From positions 1-51,539 of the forward strand of contig JAQYVR010000119.1 of NCBI GenBank assembly GCA_030145395.1: a DNA stretch of 51,539 nt, read 5' to 3'. Positions 8,519 to 16,547 of this stretch are shown in pieces. The stretch is from Desulfobacteria bacterium. GTDB taxonomy: Bacteria; Desulfobacterota; Desulfobacteria; Desulfobacterales; C00003060. The stretch's first letter is position 1; every line of letters starts with the position of its first letter. Made by a program: the position numbers and the translations under genes. The notes beneath the pieces are model-generated. The model saw nothing but the letters and a program-made list of their open reading frames with translations, did no database searches and had not been told where the DNA came from.

Positions 8519-9787
8519 ATGCTTTTTCCTGAAATGGCCATAGTTCGGCAAGAACTCCACGCCGAAAAGATTGAAGACATCCCTGCAGCTGTAAGCAATG
8601 CCCTTCAGCCCCTTCAGCTCGACTCACAAACAAAACCCGGCGCATCCGTGGCAGTGGCCGTTGGAAGCCGGGGAATCAGCCACATTGCTGTCATTGTTTC
8701 TGAATGCGTGAAGTCGTTAACCGACAGCGGCTTGGAGCCCTTTATTGTCCCTGCTATGGGGAGTCACGGGGGAAACACACCCGAGGGTGAACGCTCGGTT
8801 CTATCAAGGCTTGGCATTACTGAATCATCAGTTAATGCCCCCATACTTGCGGCTAAGGATGTGGTCAAAATTGGAACTTTGGACATTGGCGTACCCATTC
8901 TCATGGACAAACGTGCAGCCGAAGCCGACCACATTGTAGTAATCAACCGGGTGAAGCCCCATACGAAATTCCACGGGCCGATTGAAAGCGGCCTGACCAA
9001 GATACTCACGGTCGGACTCGGGAAAGGGGAAGGAGCAGTTCTGTATCACCGGGCTGCCGTCCAGCACACTTTTGGCATATTGCAGGACGCTGCCCGAAAT
9101 ATCCTGGAAAACCGTTCAGTCCTCTTTGGGCTTGCCATACTTGAAGACGGTTACAGGAATGTCTCTCGACTCAGTGCTGTAAGGCCCGAAAACTGGTTTG
9201 AATCAGAACGTGCCCTGCTCGATGAGACACGTATGATGACCCCACGCATCCCGTTTGACGGGGTCGATATTCTGATCATAGATGAAATAGGAAAAGAGAT
9301 CAGCGGTATCGGCATGGATTCGAACGTGACTGGAAGACACAGGGACATAGTAGGCGACTTTCTCACTGCCCCGAACGTAAAGCGGATCTTCGTGAGAGAT
9401 TTGAGCCCTGAATCGGACGGCAATGGAAATGGCATCGGACTGGCGGACGTGACCACACGACGTCTCGTGGATGCCCTCGATCTTGAAAAGACTTATACGA
9501 ATGCCCTGACAGCCATCTCTCCGGAAAAGGCGGCTATTCCCATGACTTTCGAGACAGACCGTGAATGCATAGAGGCCTGTCTCAATACCATCGGTCTGGT
9601 GCAGCCTGAGGAAGTGCGGATAATTCGTATCAAAAACACCGCCACGCTGGAGACGCTCTGGGCCTCAAGGGCCTTTGAAGGCGATGTCACGCTCAATCCG
9701 AACCTGAAGATTCTGAGAAAATGGGAGCCGATGGCCTTTGATGATACCGGGAATCTATTCGATTTCGGATTGAAGATTGAAAGATGA
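8519..9787 (+). CDS. conserved protein of unknown function (possibly LarA_N/DUF2088- or DUF362-like)
   Basis: The 422-aa ORF starts 4 nt after the hbd stop. The family assignment rests only on a general resemblance (..VPAMGSHGG.., ..NRVKPHTKFHG..GLTK..) and is weak. Confidence 0.6.
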   Translation: MLFPEMAIVRQELHAEKIEDIPAAVSNALQPLQLDSQTKPGASVAVAVGSRGISHIAVIVSECVKSLTDSGLEPFIVPAMGSHGGNTPEGERSVLSRLGITESSVNAPILAAKDVVKIGTLDIGVPILMDKRAAEADHIVVINRVKPHTKFHGPIESGLTKILTVGLGKGEGAVLYHRAAVQHTFGILQDAARNILENRSVLFGLAILEDGYRNVSRLSAVRPENWFESERALLDETRMMTPRIPFDGVDILIIDEIGKEISGIGMDSNVTGRHRDIVGDFLTAPNVKRIFVRDLSPESDGNGNGIGLADVTTRRLVDALDLEKTYTNALTAISPEKAAIPMTFETDRECIEACLNTIGLVQPEEVRIIRIKNTATLETLWASRAFEGDVTLNPNLKILRKWEPMAFDDTGNLFDFGLKIER

Positions 9788-9843
9788 CTAAGATTAATGA
9801 ACGACCCAAGTTTCAATCATAAATCGTCCAGCGCCGTTGACGA

Positions 9844-10398
9844 ATGACCAATGCTGTGAAATCCAAATTCGAATTCCGCAATCCGCAATCCGAATTAGTA
9901 TACCACATATGCCTCACAGCATTTGGGTCTGCCGCCATCTTGTTTCAAACACGTCCATTCCTTGTAAAACGACTCTTGCTGCCCCGTTCACACAAAATCG
10001 CCCTAACAAAAGAGATACATAGAATCGGTCCAGCCAAACCGGGACAGACAAAGGCTGTTCTTGATATGTGCAGAGATATGAAGGCCTATTTTGAAGGGGT
10101 CCCCCTAAAGACTCCCTGGAGATTTCTCGATCTGGGCAGGCTGACGCCCTTGCAACGCTCGGTGCTGGAAACCGTGGCAAGCGTCCCCCACGGACAGGTT
10201 CGATCTTATGGCGAAATAGCTGCTCAGGTCGGACACCCACAGGCCTGTCGTTTCGTGGGTACCACCCTTGCCCGGAATCCCTTCCCAATCTTCATCCCAT
10301 GTCATCGCGTCGTACGGGCTGATGGCTCATTAGGCGGCTTTGGCGGCGGAACCGAGTTGAAGAAGCGTATGCTTTCGCTGGAAAAACAAAACGCATGA
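9844..10398 (+). CDS. ogt: methylated-DNA--protein-cysteine methyltransferase
   Basis: Active-site IPCHRVV and the DNA-binding helix SYGEIAAQVGHPQACRFVG are present. The only in-frame starts (ATG 9844, GTG 9856) place the heptamer array 9859-9900 inside the first ~19 codons. Confidence 0.8.
   Translation: MTNAVKSKFEFRNPQSELVYHICLTAFGSAAILFQTRPFLVKRLLLPRSHKIALTKEIHRIGPAKPGQTKAVLDMCRDMKAYFEGVPLKTPWRFLDLGRLTPLQRSVLETVASVPHGQVRSYGEIAAQVGHPQACRFVGTTLARNPFPIFIPCHRVVRADGSLGGFGGGTELKKRMLSLEKQNA
9859..9900. repeat. 7-nt periodic array (6 units)
   Basis: AAATCCA AATTCGA ATTCCGC AATCCGC AATCCGA ATTAGTA. The unit ATTCCGC also occurs in the array at 22573-22628. Confidence 0.8.
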
Positions 10399-10605
10399 GC
10401 CGCTGACCCCACCCAGCGTGGCAGGTCAAAGGTTTAATGAAGGAACGTGCCGAGATGCTGAAGAAACAGCCCTCGTCAACCGATGTGACCTTTCCTCCAA
10501 AGTAGTCCTTCTTTTAGTTGACGCCCCCTCCTGACTGACACGCGTTGACCCAAATCCACCGTCTGATTTATGTATTGATAATGATATCAGGCTGTTTTGG
10601 GGTAT

Positions 10606-10734
10606 TCCTGATCGCCAGCAAGGCATTAGATGCAAGGCGCCGAGGAGCAACGACTGAGGCGTATGAGCAATACTCCGCAAGGAGGAGCGATCGAAGGCAA
10701 CGCCGCAGATGATGCCTTGATGGTGGATCAGGGA
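10606..10734 (-). repeat. structured intergenic element, family copy A (reverse orientation)
   Basis: The outer inverted repeat is TCCTGATCGCCAGCAAGGCAT (10606-10626) with ATGCCTTGATGGTGGATCAGGGA (10712-10734). On the minus strand the core reads CATCTGCGGCGTTGC...ACGCCTC...GGCGCCTTGCATCT. Confidence 0.75.
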
Positions 10735-10876
10735 TGATATGTTTTGTTGCTATTGTACTTGAATCGTATTATGAGAGTGGTTCTTAGAACTATGTTCGGA
10801 TTGACATAGCTCTGATGGCTTTCTTCATCGTTTGTTTGCTCCCAAAACGGCGGAACTCAACTATAGTAGATAAGGG

Positions 10877-11782
10877 ATGCAACTGGTGTTGACACGTATT
10901 CTATTACTGGCGGTCACTTTCTTTATGGTTCCGGCAATGACTCAGGCTGGTGAAAAGCTCCTGAAGATGTCCACCACGACCAGCACAGAGAACTCCGGAC
11001 TCCTCAACGTATTGCTCCCTGAATTCGATGTGGACACTGGTATTCAGGTCAAGGTCTTCGCCAAGGGAACCGGCGCGGCAATCCGGGACGGCATTGACGG
11101 GAATGTGGATGTCATACTAGTACATGCCAAAGAGAGCGAGGAAAAGTTCGTGGCCAATGGCTACGGTGCGTATCGGTTGGATGTAATGCATAACGACTTC
11201 GTGATCATCGGTCCTACTATTGATCCTGCAGGGATTGATGGAATGCGTGATGCTGCCATGGCGATGAGGAAGATTGCCCGAAGCAGGTCGGTATTTGTAT
11301 CTCGGGGCGATGACAGTGGGACGCATACCAAAGAACAGGAACTGTGGAAGGCCACCGGGATGGGGCTGCGAACAGAGACCGTGGAGGTAATCAAAAAGCG
11401 GAAAAAGCAACGCTTTTTTTCACAGCATCCAGAAGAATTCGGGGCGCAATACCTTTCGATTGGACAGGGCATGGGCAAAACGTTGGCGTACGCGGAGCAG
11501 AAGCAGGCATACACACTGGCGGACCGGGGAACCTATTTGAACTACAAGTTCGGTAGAAAAGAAGGTTTGGATCTCAAGATTCTGTGCCAAGGGGACTCGA
11601 AACTGTATAACCCTTATGGAATCATCCCGATTAGTCAGAAAAAGCATCCCCACGTCAAGTTCCAGTGGGCGGATCGGTTTGCCAAATGGTTGACGTCGCA
11701 AAAGGCGCAAAGTCTCATTGGCCGTTACCAGATCGAGGGCCAACAGGCATTCTTCCCAGACGCAATTCCCAACGCAAAGTAG
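10877..11782 (+). CDS. tupA: tungstate ABC transporter substrate-binding protein (TupA-like)
   Basis: It has a signal peptide, a periplasmic-binding-protein fold and the TTTS anion-binding motif (MSTTTSTENSGLL) described for TupA. Permease and ATPase genes follow it. Confidence 0.75.
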   Translation: MQLVLTRILLLAVTFFMVPAMTQAGEKLLKMSTTTSTENSGLLNVLLPEFDVDTGIQVKVFAKGTGAAIRDGIDGNVDVILVHAKESEEKFVANGYGAYRLDVMHNDFVIIGPTIDPAGIDGMRDAAMAMRKIARSRSVFVSRGDDSGTHTKEQELWKATGMGLRTETVEVIKKRKKQRFFSQHPEEFGAQYLSIGQGMGKTLAYAEQKQAYTLADRGTYLNYKFGRKEGLDLKILCQGDSKLYNPYGIIPISQKKHPHVKFQWADRFAKWLTSQKAQSLIGRYQIEGQQAFFPDAIPNAK

Positions 11783-11831
11783 TTTGTCCTAAGTCGGCAA
11801 ACTATCTGATGATGGTTGAAGGATTCATTGT

Positions 11832-12527
11832 ATGGATTTTCTAATAGATGGCCTTCTATCCGCCTTATTACTCATCTGGTCGCTTGATCCTGGACTCATT
11901 GAGATTGTTTGGGTGTCCCTGAAGGTGAGTTCAACTTCCACGCTCATCGCCAGTTTAGTGGGTGTTCCGGCTGGCTTTCTTATCGCCTTCGGCGAGTTCT
12001 CAGGGAAACGTTTTGTCATAACGTTGCTCAACACATTGCTCGCGCTGCCCACAGTAGCAGTAGGTCTCCTTGTATACACCTTTATCTGCAGGAGAGGAAT
12101 CTTTGGCGGCTTTGATCTACTCTATACACAGAAAGCCATAATTATCGGCCAAGTGATTCTGATCATTCCCATAGTTGCCACTTTCACGATCTCTGCCGTC
12201 AGCCGCCTCGATGACCGGTACCGCAAAACAGCCCTGACTGTTGGAGCCAATGCTATTCAAACCGCCTGGGTGATTGTCCGTGAAGTCCGTTTCGGGATTG
12301 CAGCCGCCATTATTGCCGCCTTCGGAAGGGTCATCGCTGAGGTTGGGATCAGCATGATGTTGGGCGGCAACGCCAAGGGGTTCACCCGGACTATGACAAC
12401 AGCTATGGCACTGGAATATGATAAGGGGTTGTTCGAGTTGAGTGTTGCCTTGGGGATTGCACTCCTTGCCGTGAGTTTTGCGGTAAACGTTTTTTTCCAC
12501 TACTTTCAGGGCAGAGTAAGGGAGTGA
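11832..12527 (+). CDS. tupB: ABC transporter permease (TupB-like)
   Basis: 231 aa with multiple hydrophobic helices. Its position between the binding protein and the ATPase fits, and it overlaps the next gene by 4 nt. Confidence 0.75.
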   Translation: MDFLIDGLLSALLLIWSLDPGLIEIVWVSLKVSSTSTLIASLVGVPAGFLIAFGEFSGKRFVITLLNTLLALPTVAVGLLVYTFICRRGIFGGFDLLYTQKAIIIGQVILIIPIVATFTISAVSRLDDRYRKTALTVGANAIQTAWVIVREVRFGIAAAIIAAFGRVIAEVGISMMLGGNAKGFTRTMTTAMALEYDKGLFELSVALGIALLAVSFAVNVFFHYFQGRVRE

Positions 12528-13540
12528 GTGCTGTGGTCTATGAGCTAAGAAACATAACCAAGACCTTTGAACAACGAACCGTTCTGAATCTGGAAAGGCT
12601 TTCGGTGAAGAAGGGAAAGATTCTTGGTCTCCTGGGACCCAACGGTGCGGGAAAAACCACGCTCTTGGAAATCATGGCCTTTCTGTCCAGCCCAACTTCA
12701 GGTGGGATGTGGTTCAATCAACAGAAGGTTGATTTCACTGGCGGCAAACTCAAAGACCTGCGGCGAAGGGTTGTACTCGTTCAACAGGATTCTATACTGT
12801 TTTCCACATCGGTTTCCAATAATGTCGATTTCCCTCTGAGGATACGCAAGGCACCAAAGGCAAAACGAGAGCAGATCGTGGGAGAATTGCTAGACATGGT
12901 GGGAATGCGAGACTTCGGCCATGCACCAGCACATAAACTGTCGAGCGGGGAAACACAGCGCGTCGCCATTGCGCGGGCTTTGGCCTGTTTTCCTGAGGTC
13001 ATTCTTCTGGACGAACCCACGGCCAACGTTGACGTAGAAAACCAGATCGCCATAGAGCGCATCATCCGGGAGATCAACCGGACAAAAGGCATTTCTGTGG
13101 TCTTTACAACTCACAATATGATTCAGGCGTCGAGGCTGGCTGATGAGACCGTCTTCCTGTATGAAGGAAAGGTTGCGCGATCCATCTATGAAAACATCTT
13201 CAGTGGTCGCATTCAAACTGACGAAAGCGGTCGGCAACTGTGTGTGGCCCAGAATGGACTGAGATTACACGTTCAGCATGACAAATCGGGTCCGGTGCGT
13301 ATATCTATTGATCCTGCTATCGTAGAAATCAGCCGAAACGGAAACGAGTTTTCTGAAGACAACACCTTCAAGGGAAGGCTCATCCAGCTTACGGACGAGC
13401 AGGGACGGGTGAGAGCGTTGGTAGATGTAGGAGTACCACTCAGTGTTTTGATACCCAAAGAGGTCTTCCGCAGTCTAGGTTTGGGCATAGGAGATGACGT
13501 GTGGCTCAACTGCCCGGCAAAAAGCATTGAAATCTTTTGA
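12524..13540 (+). CDS. tupC: ABC transporter ATP-binding protein with C-terminal TOBE-like domain (TupC-like)
   Basis: Walker A GPNGAGKTT, signature LSSGETQRVAIARAL and Walker B ILLDEPT are present. A ~100-aa C-terminal extension resembles those of molybdate/tungstate ATPases. Confidence 0.8.
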   Translation: MSAVVYELRNITKTFEQRTVLNLERLSVKKGKILGLLGPNGAGKTTLLEIMAFLSSPTSGGMWFNQQKVDFTGGKLKDLRRRVVLVQQDSILFSTSVSNNVDFPLRIRKAPKAKREQIVGELLDMVGMRDFGHAPAHKLSSGETQRVAIARALACFPEVILLDEPTANVDVENQIAIERIIREINRTKGISVVFTTHNMIQASRLADETVFLYEGKVARSIYENIFSGRIQTDESGRQLCVAQNGLRLHVQHDKSGPVRISIDPAIVEISRNGNEFSEDNTFKGRLIQLTDEQGRVRALVDVGVPLSVLIPKEVFRSLGLGIGDDVWLNCPAKSIEIF

Positions 13541-13550
13541 AGGCAGAACC

Positions 13551-13568
13551 CCCGCCCTTCAAGGCGGG
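13551..13568. terminator. GC hairpin between convergent tupC and ubiE
   Basis: CCCGCC (13551-13556), loop CTTCAA, GGCGGG (13563-13568). It lies between the two stop codons (13540 and 13597). Confidence 0.5.
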
Positions 13569-13596
13569 CAGGCTTCACACAGTCTGAAAAAGTCCG

Positions 13597-14403
13597 TTAA
13601 GCAGGCTTTTCTCCTTGATAAATCACGGGCAATCCGAATCGAAAGGGATGTGCCACCACAGCTGTAAAGGAAGCAGCCTTCAGCAAATCACAAAAAGCCT
13701 CCCCGCACGGAAACGTCTCAATGGTCTCATTCAAGTATCGGTAGGCATACGGGTCTCCGGACACGAACGCCCCCACGCGCGGCAGGACATGCCGCAGGTA
13801 GATGAGCCCGACACACCGCATGAAACGGTTTTGGGGTACAGAGAACTCCAGAATAAGCACACGCCCTCCCGGTTTTAGCACTCTATATATTTCCCGAAGC
13901 GCCCTGTCGACATCCGTGACGTTCCGTATGCCAAAGGAAATAGTGACAGCATCGAACTGACAGGCACGTGCGGGGATATCCATTGCATCACCAACCATCA
14001 GAGTAGTCACCCCGGAAAGTCCAAGTCTCCTAATCTTGACCCGTCCAATCTCGAGCATCTTTTCAGCCAGGTCCATCCCAATGGCAGATTTGATTCTGTC
14101 GCTTTTCTCAAAAAGGGCATGGATTTGGTCTGCTGTACCTGTGGCAAGGTCCAATACACGTTGGCTGTGGTGTTTGGGAAGAAAACCTGCCATCTTATTG
14201 CGCCACATAACGTCCGTGCCGAAGGAGAGGAGCCGGTTCACAATATCATAGCGTCGAGCAATACGGTCGAACATCTTCGACACTTCATTCCGTGATAGCC
14301 CTTGAGGTTCATCAGGGGCGCTGTCAGGTATTACGTTATTTGCGTTCAGGAAGGGCATCTGCGAACAGTAAATCCTCTCTATGCTTTCAGCAACTGGCTG
14401 CAA
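13597..14403 (-). CDS. ubiE: demethylmenaquinone / ubiquinone C-methyltransferase
   Basis: It has the FDRIARRYDIVNRLLSFGTDVMWR N-terminal signature, the SAM motif VLDLATGTAD and LKPGGRVLILEFS. The real start may be an internal Met (e.g. 14358). Confidence 0.85.
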   Translation of the reverse strand: MQPVAESIERIYCSQMPFLNANNVIPDSAPDEPQGLSRNEVSKMFDRIARRYDIVNRLLSFGTDVMWRNKMAGFLPKHHSQRVLDLATGTADQIHALFEKSDRIKSAIGMDLAEKMLEIGRVKIRRLGLSGVTTLMVGDAMDIPARACQFDAVTISFGIRNVTDVDRALREIYRVLKPGGRVLILEFSVPQNRFMRCVGLIYLRHVLPRVGAFVSGDPYAYRYLNETIETFPCGEAFCDLLKAASFTAVVAHPFRFGLPVIYQGEKPA

Positions 14404-14475
14404 ATCCGCTCCATGTCATCAGCTCATCCTTTTAGGTCATGCCTACATAAGACCACGCCACTTGTGTGTCAATGA

Positions 14476-14661
14476 AAAAAGGGTGATTTTTATCTGGGCA
14501 AGCTACCGATTAAAATCATCTCAGACGTCAGAGTAGTCAAGACAACATCTGCAGATGAAATAACTCTGAGAGAATGTTGGGTGGAATTCGAGAAGCTCAC
14601 GCCTCAGCAAGAGGCCAAGCTGAAAGAGTTCATCGAAACCCACACCGTGGGTGAAGTCTGA
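14476..14661 (+). pseudogene. start-less small ORF (61 codons) that is in frame with ATG 14472 only after a +1 shift in an A6 run
   Basis: The frame is open from 14476 to TGA 14659-14661 and has protein-like composition (..VVKTTSADEITLRECWVEFEKLTPQQEAKLKEFIETHTVGEV). ATG 14472 followed by A6 (14475-14480) reads atg aaa aaa ggg tga in its own frame. Confidence 0.3.
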
Positions 14662-14677
14662 GTTCAACGAAGGTGAG

Positions 14678-16375
14678 TTATTTACAGACCCCGCAAACCT
14701 TGCAGCGGCCCACGTCACATGGCGGAGAGGTCTCTTCGCGGAGGGCTTTCTCATATTCCTCAATTAGAAAGGCTTTGTTGATGCCATGGTCTATGAAGTC
14801 CCAGGGCAGGATTTCATCCATAGATCGCTCTCTGTAGACATAAAAATCCGGATTGATCACAGAAGCCTTGAGGGTCTTTGGCCAGTTTCCATTGTTTTCG
14901 TGTGCTGCCGATAATAGCTCAGCCACTCGACGATCCCCACGTGAAAGCAGTGCCTGGATGTACGCCCATCTCGGCACGTCTGCGTGCACGCGTACATTTG
15001 CCACTCGCCTCAACCCGTCCTTCACATGTTTGATCTTGGTCTTCAGGATTTTGAGGTCTTCCAAAGGAACCCACTGAAAAGGCGTGAAAGGCTTGGGGAT
15101 AAACGAGTTTAGACTCACGCTTATCTGCCCGATCCTTTTTTTTGTACGACTGGCCTTTAGGAATCTGTGTTTGATCTGCTTGCAAAACACCACAATCGCT
15201 TCAACATCGGACATGGTCTCGGTAGGAAGACCTACCATAAAATAGAGCTTCAGATTTGGTATCCCCACGTCAACCAGAAGATCAACAGCTTGCAGTACAT
15301 CTTGTTCAGTAATTCCCTTATTGATAACACGACGCAAACGTTCTGAGCCTGTATCTGGAGCAATTGAAACAGTCTTCAGACCGCTTTGTCTGAGAATACT
15401 CAGGAGTTCCGGTGTGAGCCTATCCGCTCTCAACGAGCTGAAGGAAAGTTCAAGACCTTTATCCAGAGCCTCTTGACAAAGCTCTTCTACATACGGCACA
15501 TCTGTGACCGCGGCAGCCATGAGGCCGACACGATGCGAACCCAGCGCTCCCCTATTTATGCTACTCTGTAATGCGTCCTTGGCCCTGAACCGTGGCGGCC
15601 GATAAACAAACCCGGCTGCACAAAAACGGCATCCATGGGGACAACCACGCGCTGCTTCTACAAGGTAGGTATCAGAAAAAGTTGTGTGTGGCGTCAGGAT
15701 GGTGCTGCAGGTGTCCCAGGCAGAAAGTTCTTCTGCCGCCACCCGCTGAACCTTCTCAGGAGCCCCGGGCTCTGGTCTGAACTCGGCAAGGGTGCCATCC
15801 GGATTGTAGGTTGCATCATATAACTCCGGTACATAGACACCTGGTACATTCACAGCCAAGGCTTTGAGAAGGTCATTTTTCTCTGAGTGTTTTCTATATA
15901 CGTCAAGAAAAACTTCGAGAATCGGCTCAGCCTCCCCAATCAGGAAGGAATCCACAAACGGTGCTATGGGTTCGGGGTTTAGGAAAGCCGTCACCCCCCC
16001 GGCGATTACCAGAGGTTGGGGGGGACTTCGCTCTGATGACCACCGGGGGATGCCGGCCTCTGTTAGGAGGGTTAGGAGGTTAGGATAATCATTTTCAAAG
16101 GAAATGGAAAACGCAATGATGTCAAAATTGTCCAGGGGTCTTTGGGACTCTGTGGATCGAACACCGCCATGGATTGTACCCGTCTCCTCGGGGAGAAAGA
16201 CCCTTTCACACACTACATCCTGATAATCGTTCAGCAGGCGGTATATGGCATGAAAACCCAGATTTGACATCCCAACATGGTAGTGGTTGGGATATGTCAA
16301 GGCAATCCGGATCTTTCCGGCCCAGTCTTTTCTGACGGTGCCTCTCTCTGCTGCCAGAAACGCCTTATTCGTCAT
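14678..16375 (-). CDS. B12-binding-domain radical SAM protein (TIGR03960-like)
   Basis: The N-terminus LTYPNHYHVGMSNLGFHAIYRLLN and the radical SAM cluster motif CPHGCRFCAAG are present. 565 aa. Confidence 0.85.
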   Translation of the reverse strand: MTNKAFLAAERGTVRKDWAGKIRIALTYPNHYHVGMSNLGFHAIYRLLNDYQDVVCERVFLPEETGTIHGGVRSTESQRPLDNFDIIAFSISFENDYPNLLTLLTEAGIPRWSSERSPPQPLVIAGGVTAFLNPEPIAPFVDSFLIGEAEPILEVFLDVYRKHSEKNDLLKALAVNVPGVYVPELYDATYNPDGTLAEFRPEPGAPEKVQRVAAEELSAWDTCSTILTPHTTFSDTYLVEAARGCPHGCRFCAAGFVYRPPRFRAKDALQSSINRGALGSHRVGLMAAAVTDVPYVEELCQEALDKGLELSFSSLRADRLTPELLSILRQSGLKTVSIAPDTGSERLRRVINKGITEQDVLQAVDLLVDVGIPNLKLYFMVGLPTETMSDVEAIVVFCKQIKHRFLKASRTKKRIGQISVSLNSFIPKPFTPFQWVPLEDLKILKTKIKHVKDGLRRVANVRVHADVPRWAYIQALLSRGDRRVAELLSAAHENNGNWPKTLKASVINPDFYVYRERSMDEILPWDFIDHGINKAFLIEEYEKALREETSPPCDVGRCKVCGVCK

Positions 16376-16459
16376 TGGTCAATAGTCATTCGTTACTCAA
16401 TACTATTTGATAGGTACTCGCTATTTGCCATTTATTATTCGTTATTGGTCATTTACGTA
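16376..16459. repeat. 7-nt periodic array (12 units) abutting the radical SAM start codon
   Basis: TGGTCAA TAGTCAT TCGTTAC TCAATAC TATTTGA TAGGTAC TCGCTAT TTGCCAT TTATTAT TCGTTAT TGGTCAT TTACGTA. T occupies position 1 in 12/12 units and A occupies position 6 in 10/12. Confidence 0.85.
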
Positions 16460-16512
16460 GGCCGATACACAGTCCGTTGTTTCCGGTTCGTGCTCTTTTG
16501 GCACTCTTCCCG

Positions 16513-16547
16513 CCAATGACTAATGGCCAGTGACTATTGACGAACTT
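16513..16547. repeat. 7-nt periodic array (5 units) abutting the ftsZ stop codon
   Basis: CCAATGA CTAATGG CCAGTGA CTATTGA CGAACTT. The ftsZ TAA is the complement of 16546-16548. Confidence 0.75.

Noticed and set aside
10426-10680. 84-aa ORF on the minus strand in the ogt-tupA gap.
   Set aside because: It overlaps structured-element copy A. It has no RBS, and its reading frame is explained by the GC-rich repeat rather than by coding potential.
10400-10876. Possible Moco/tungsten-cofactor riboswitch upstream of the tungstate transporter.
   Set aside because: I could not find the conserved Moco-motif stretches by eye. The only clear structure is the repeat-family copy A, in the opposite orientation. 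An Infernal scan is needed to settle this.
16376-16459. The periodic arrays here and at 9859, 22573, 27391, 29043 and 39667, considered as possible CRISPR arrays.
   Set aside because: The units are only 7 nt and contiguous, with no spacers, and no cas genes are present. They are short tandem repeats, not CRISPR.
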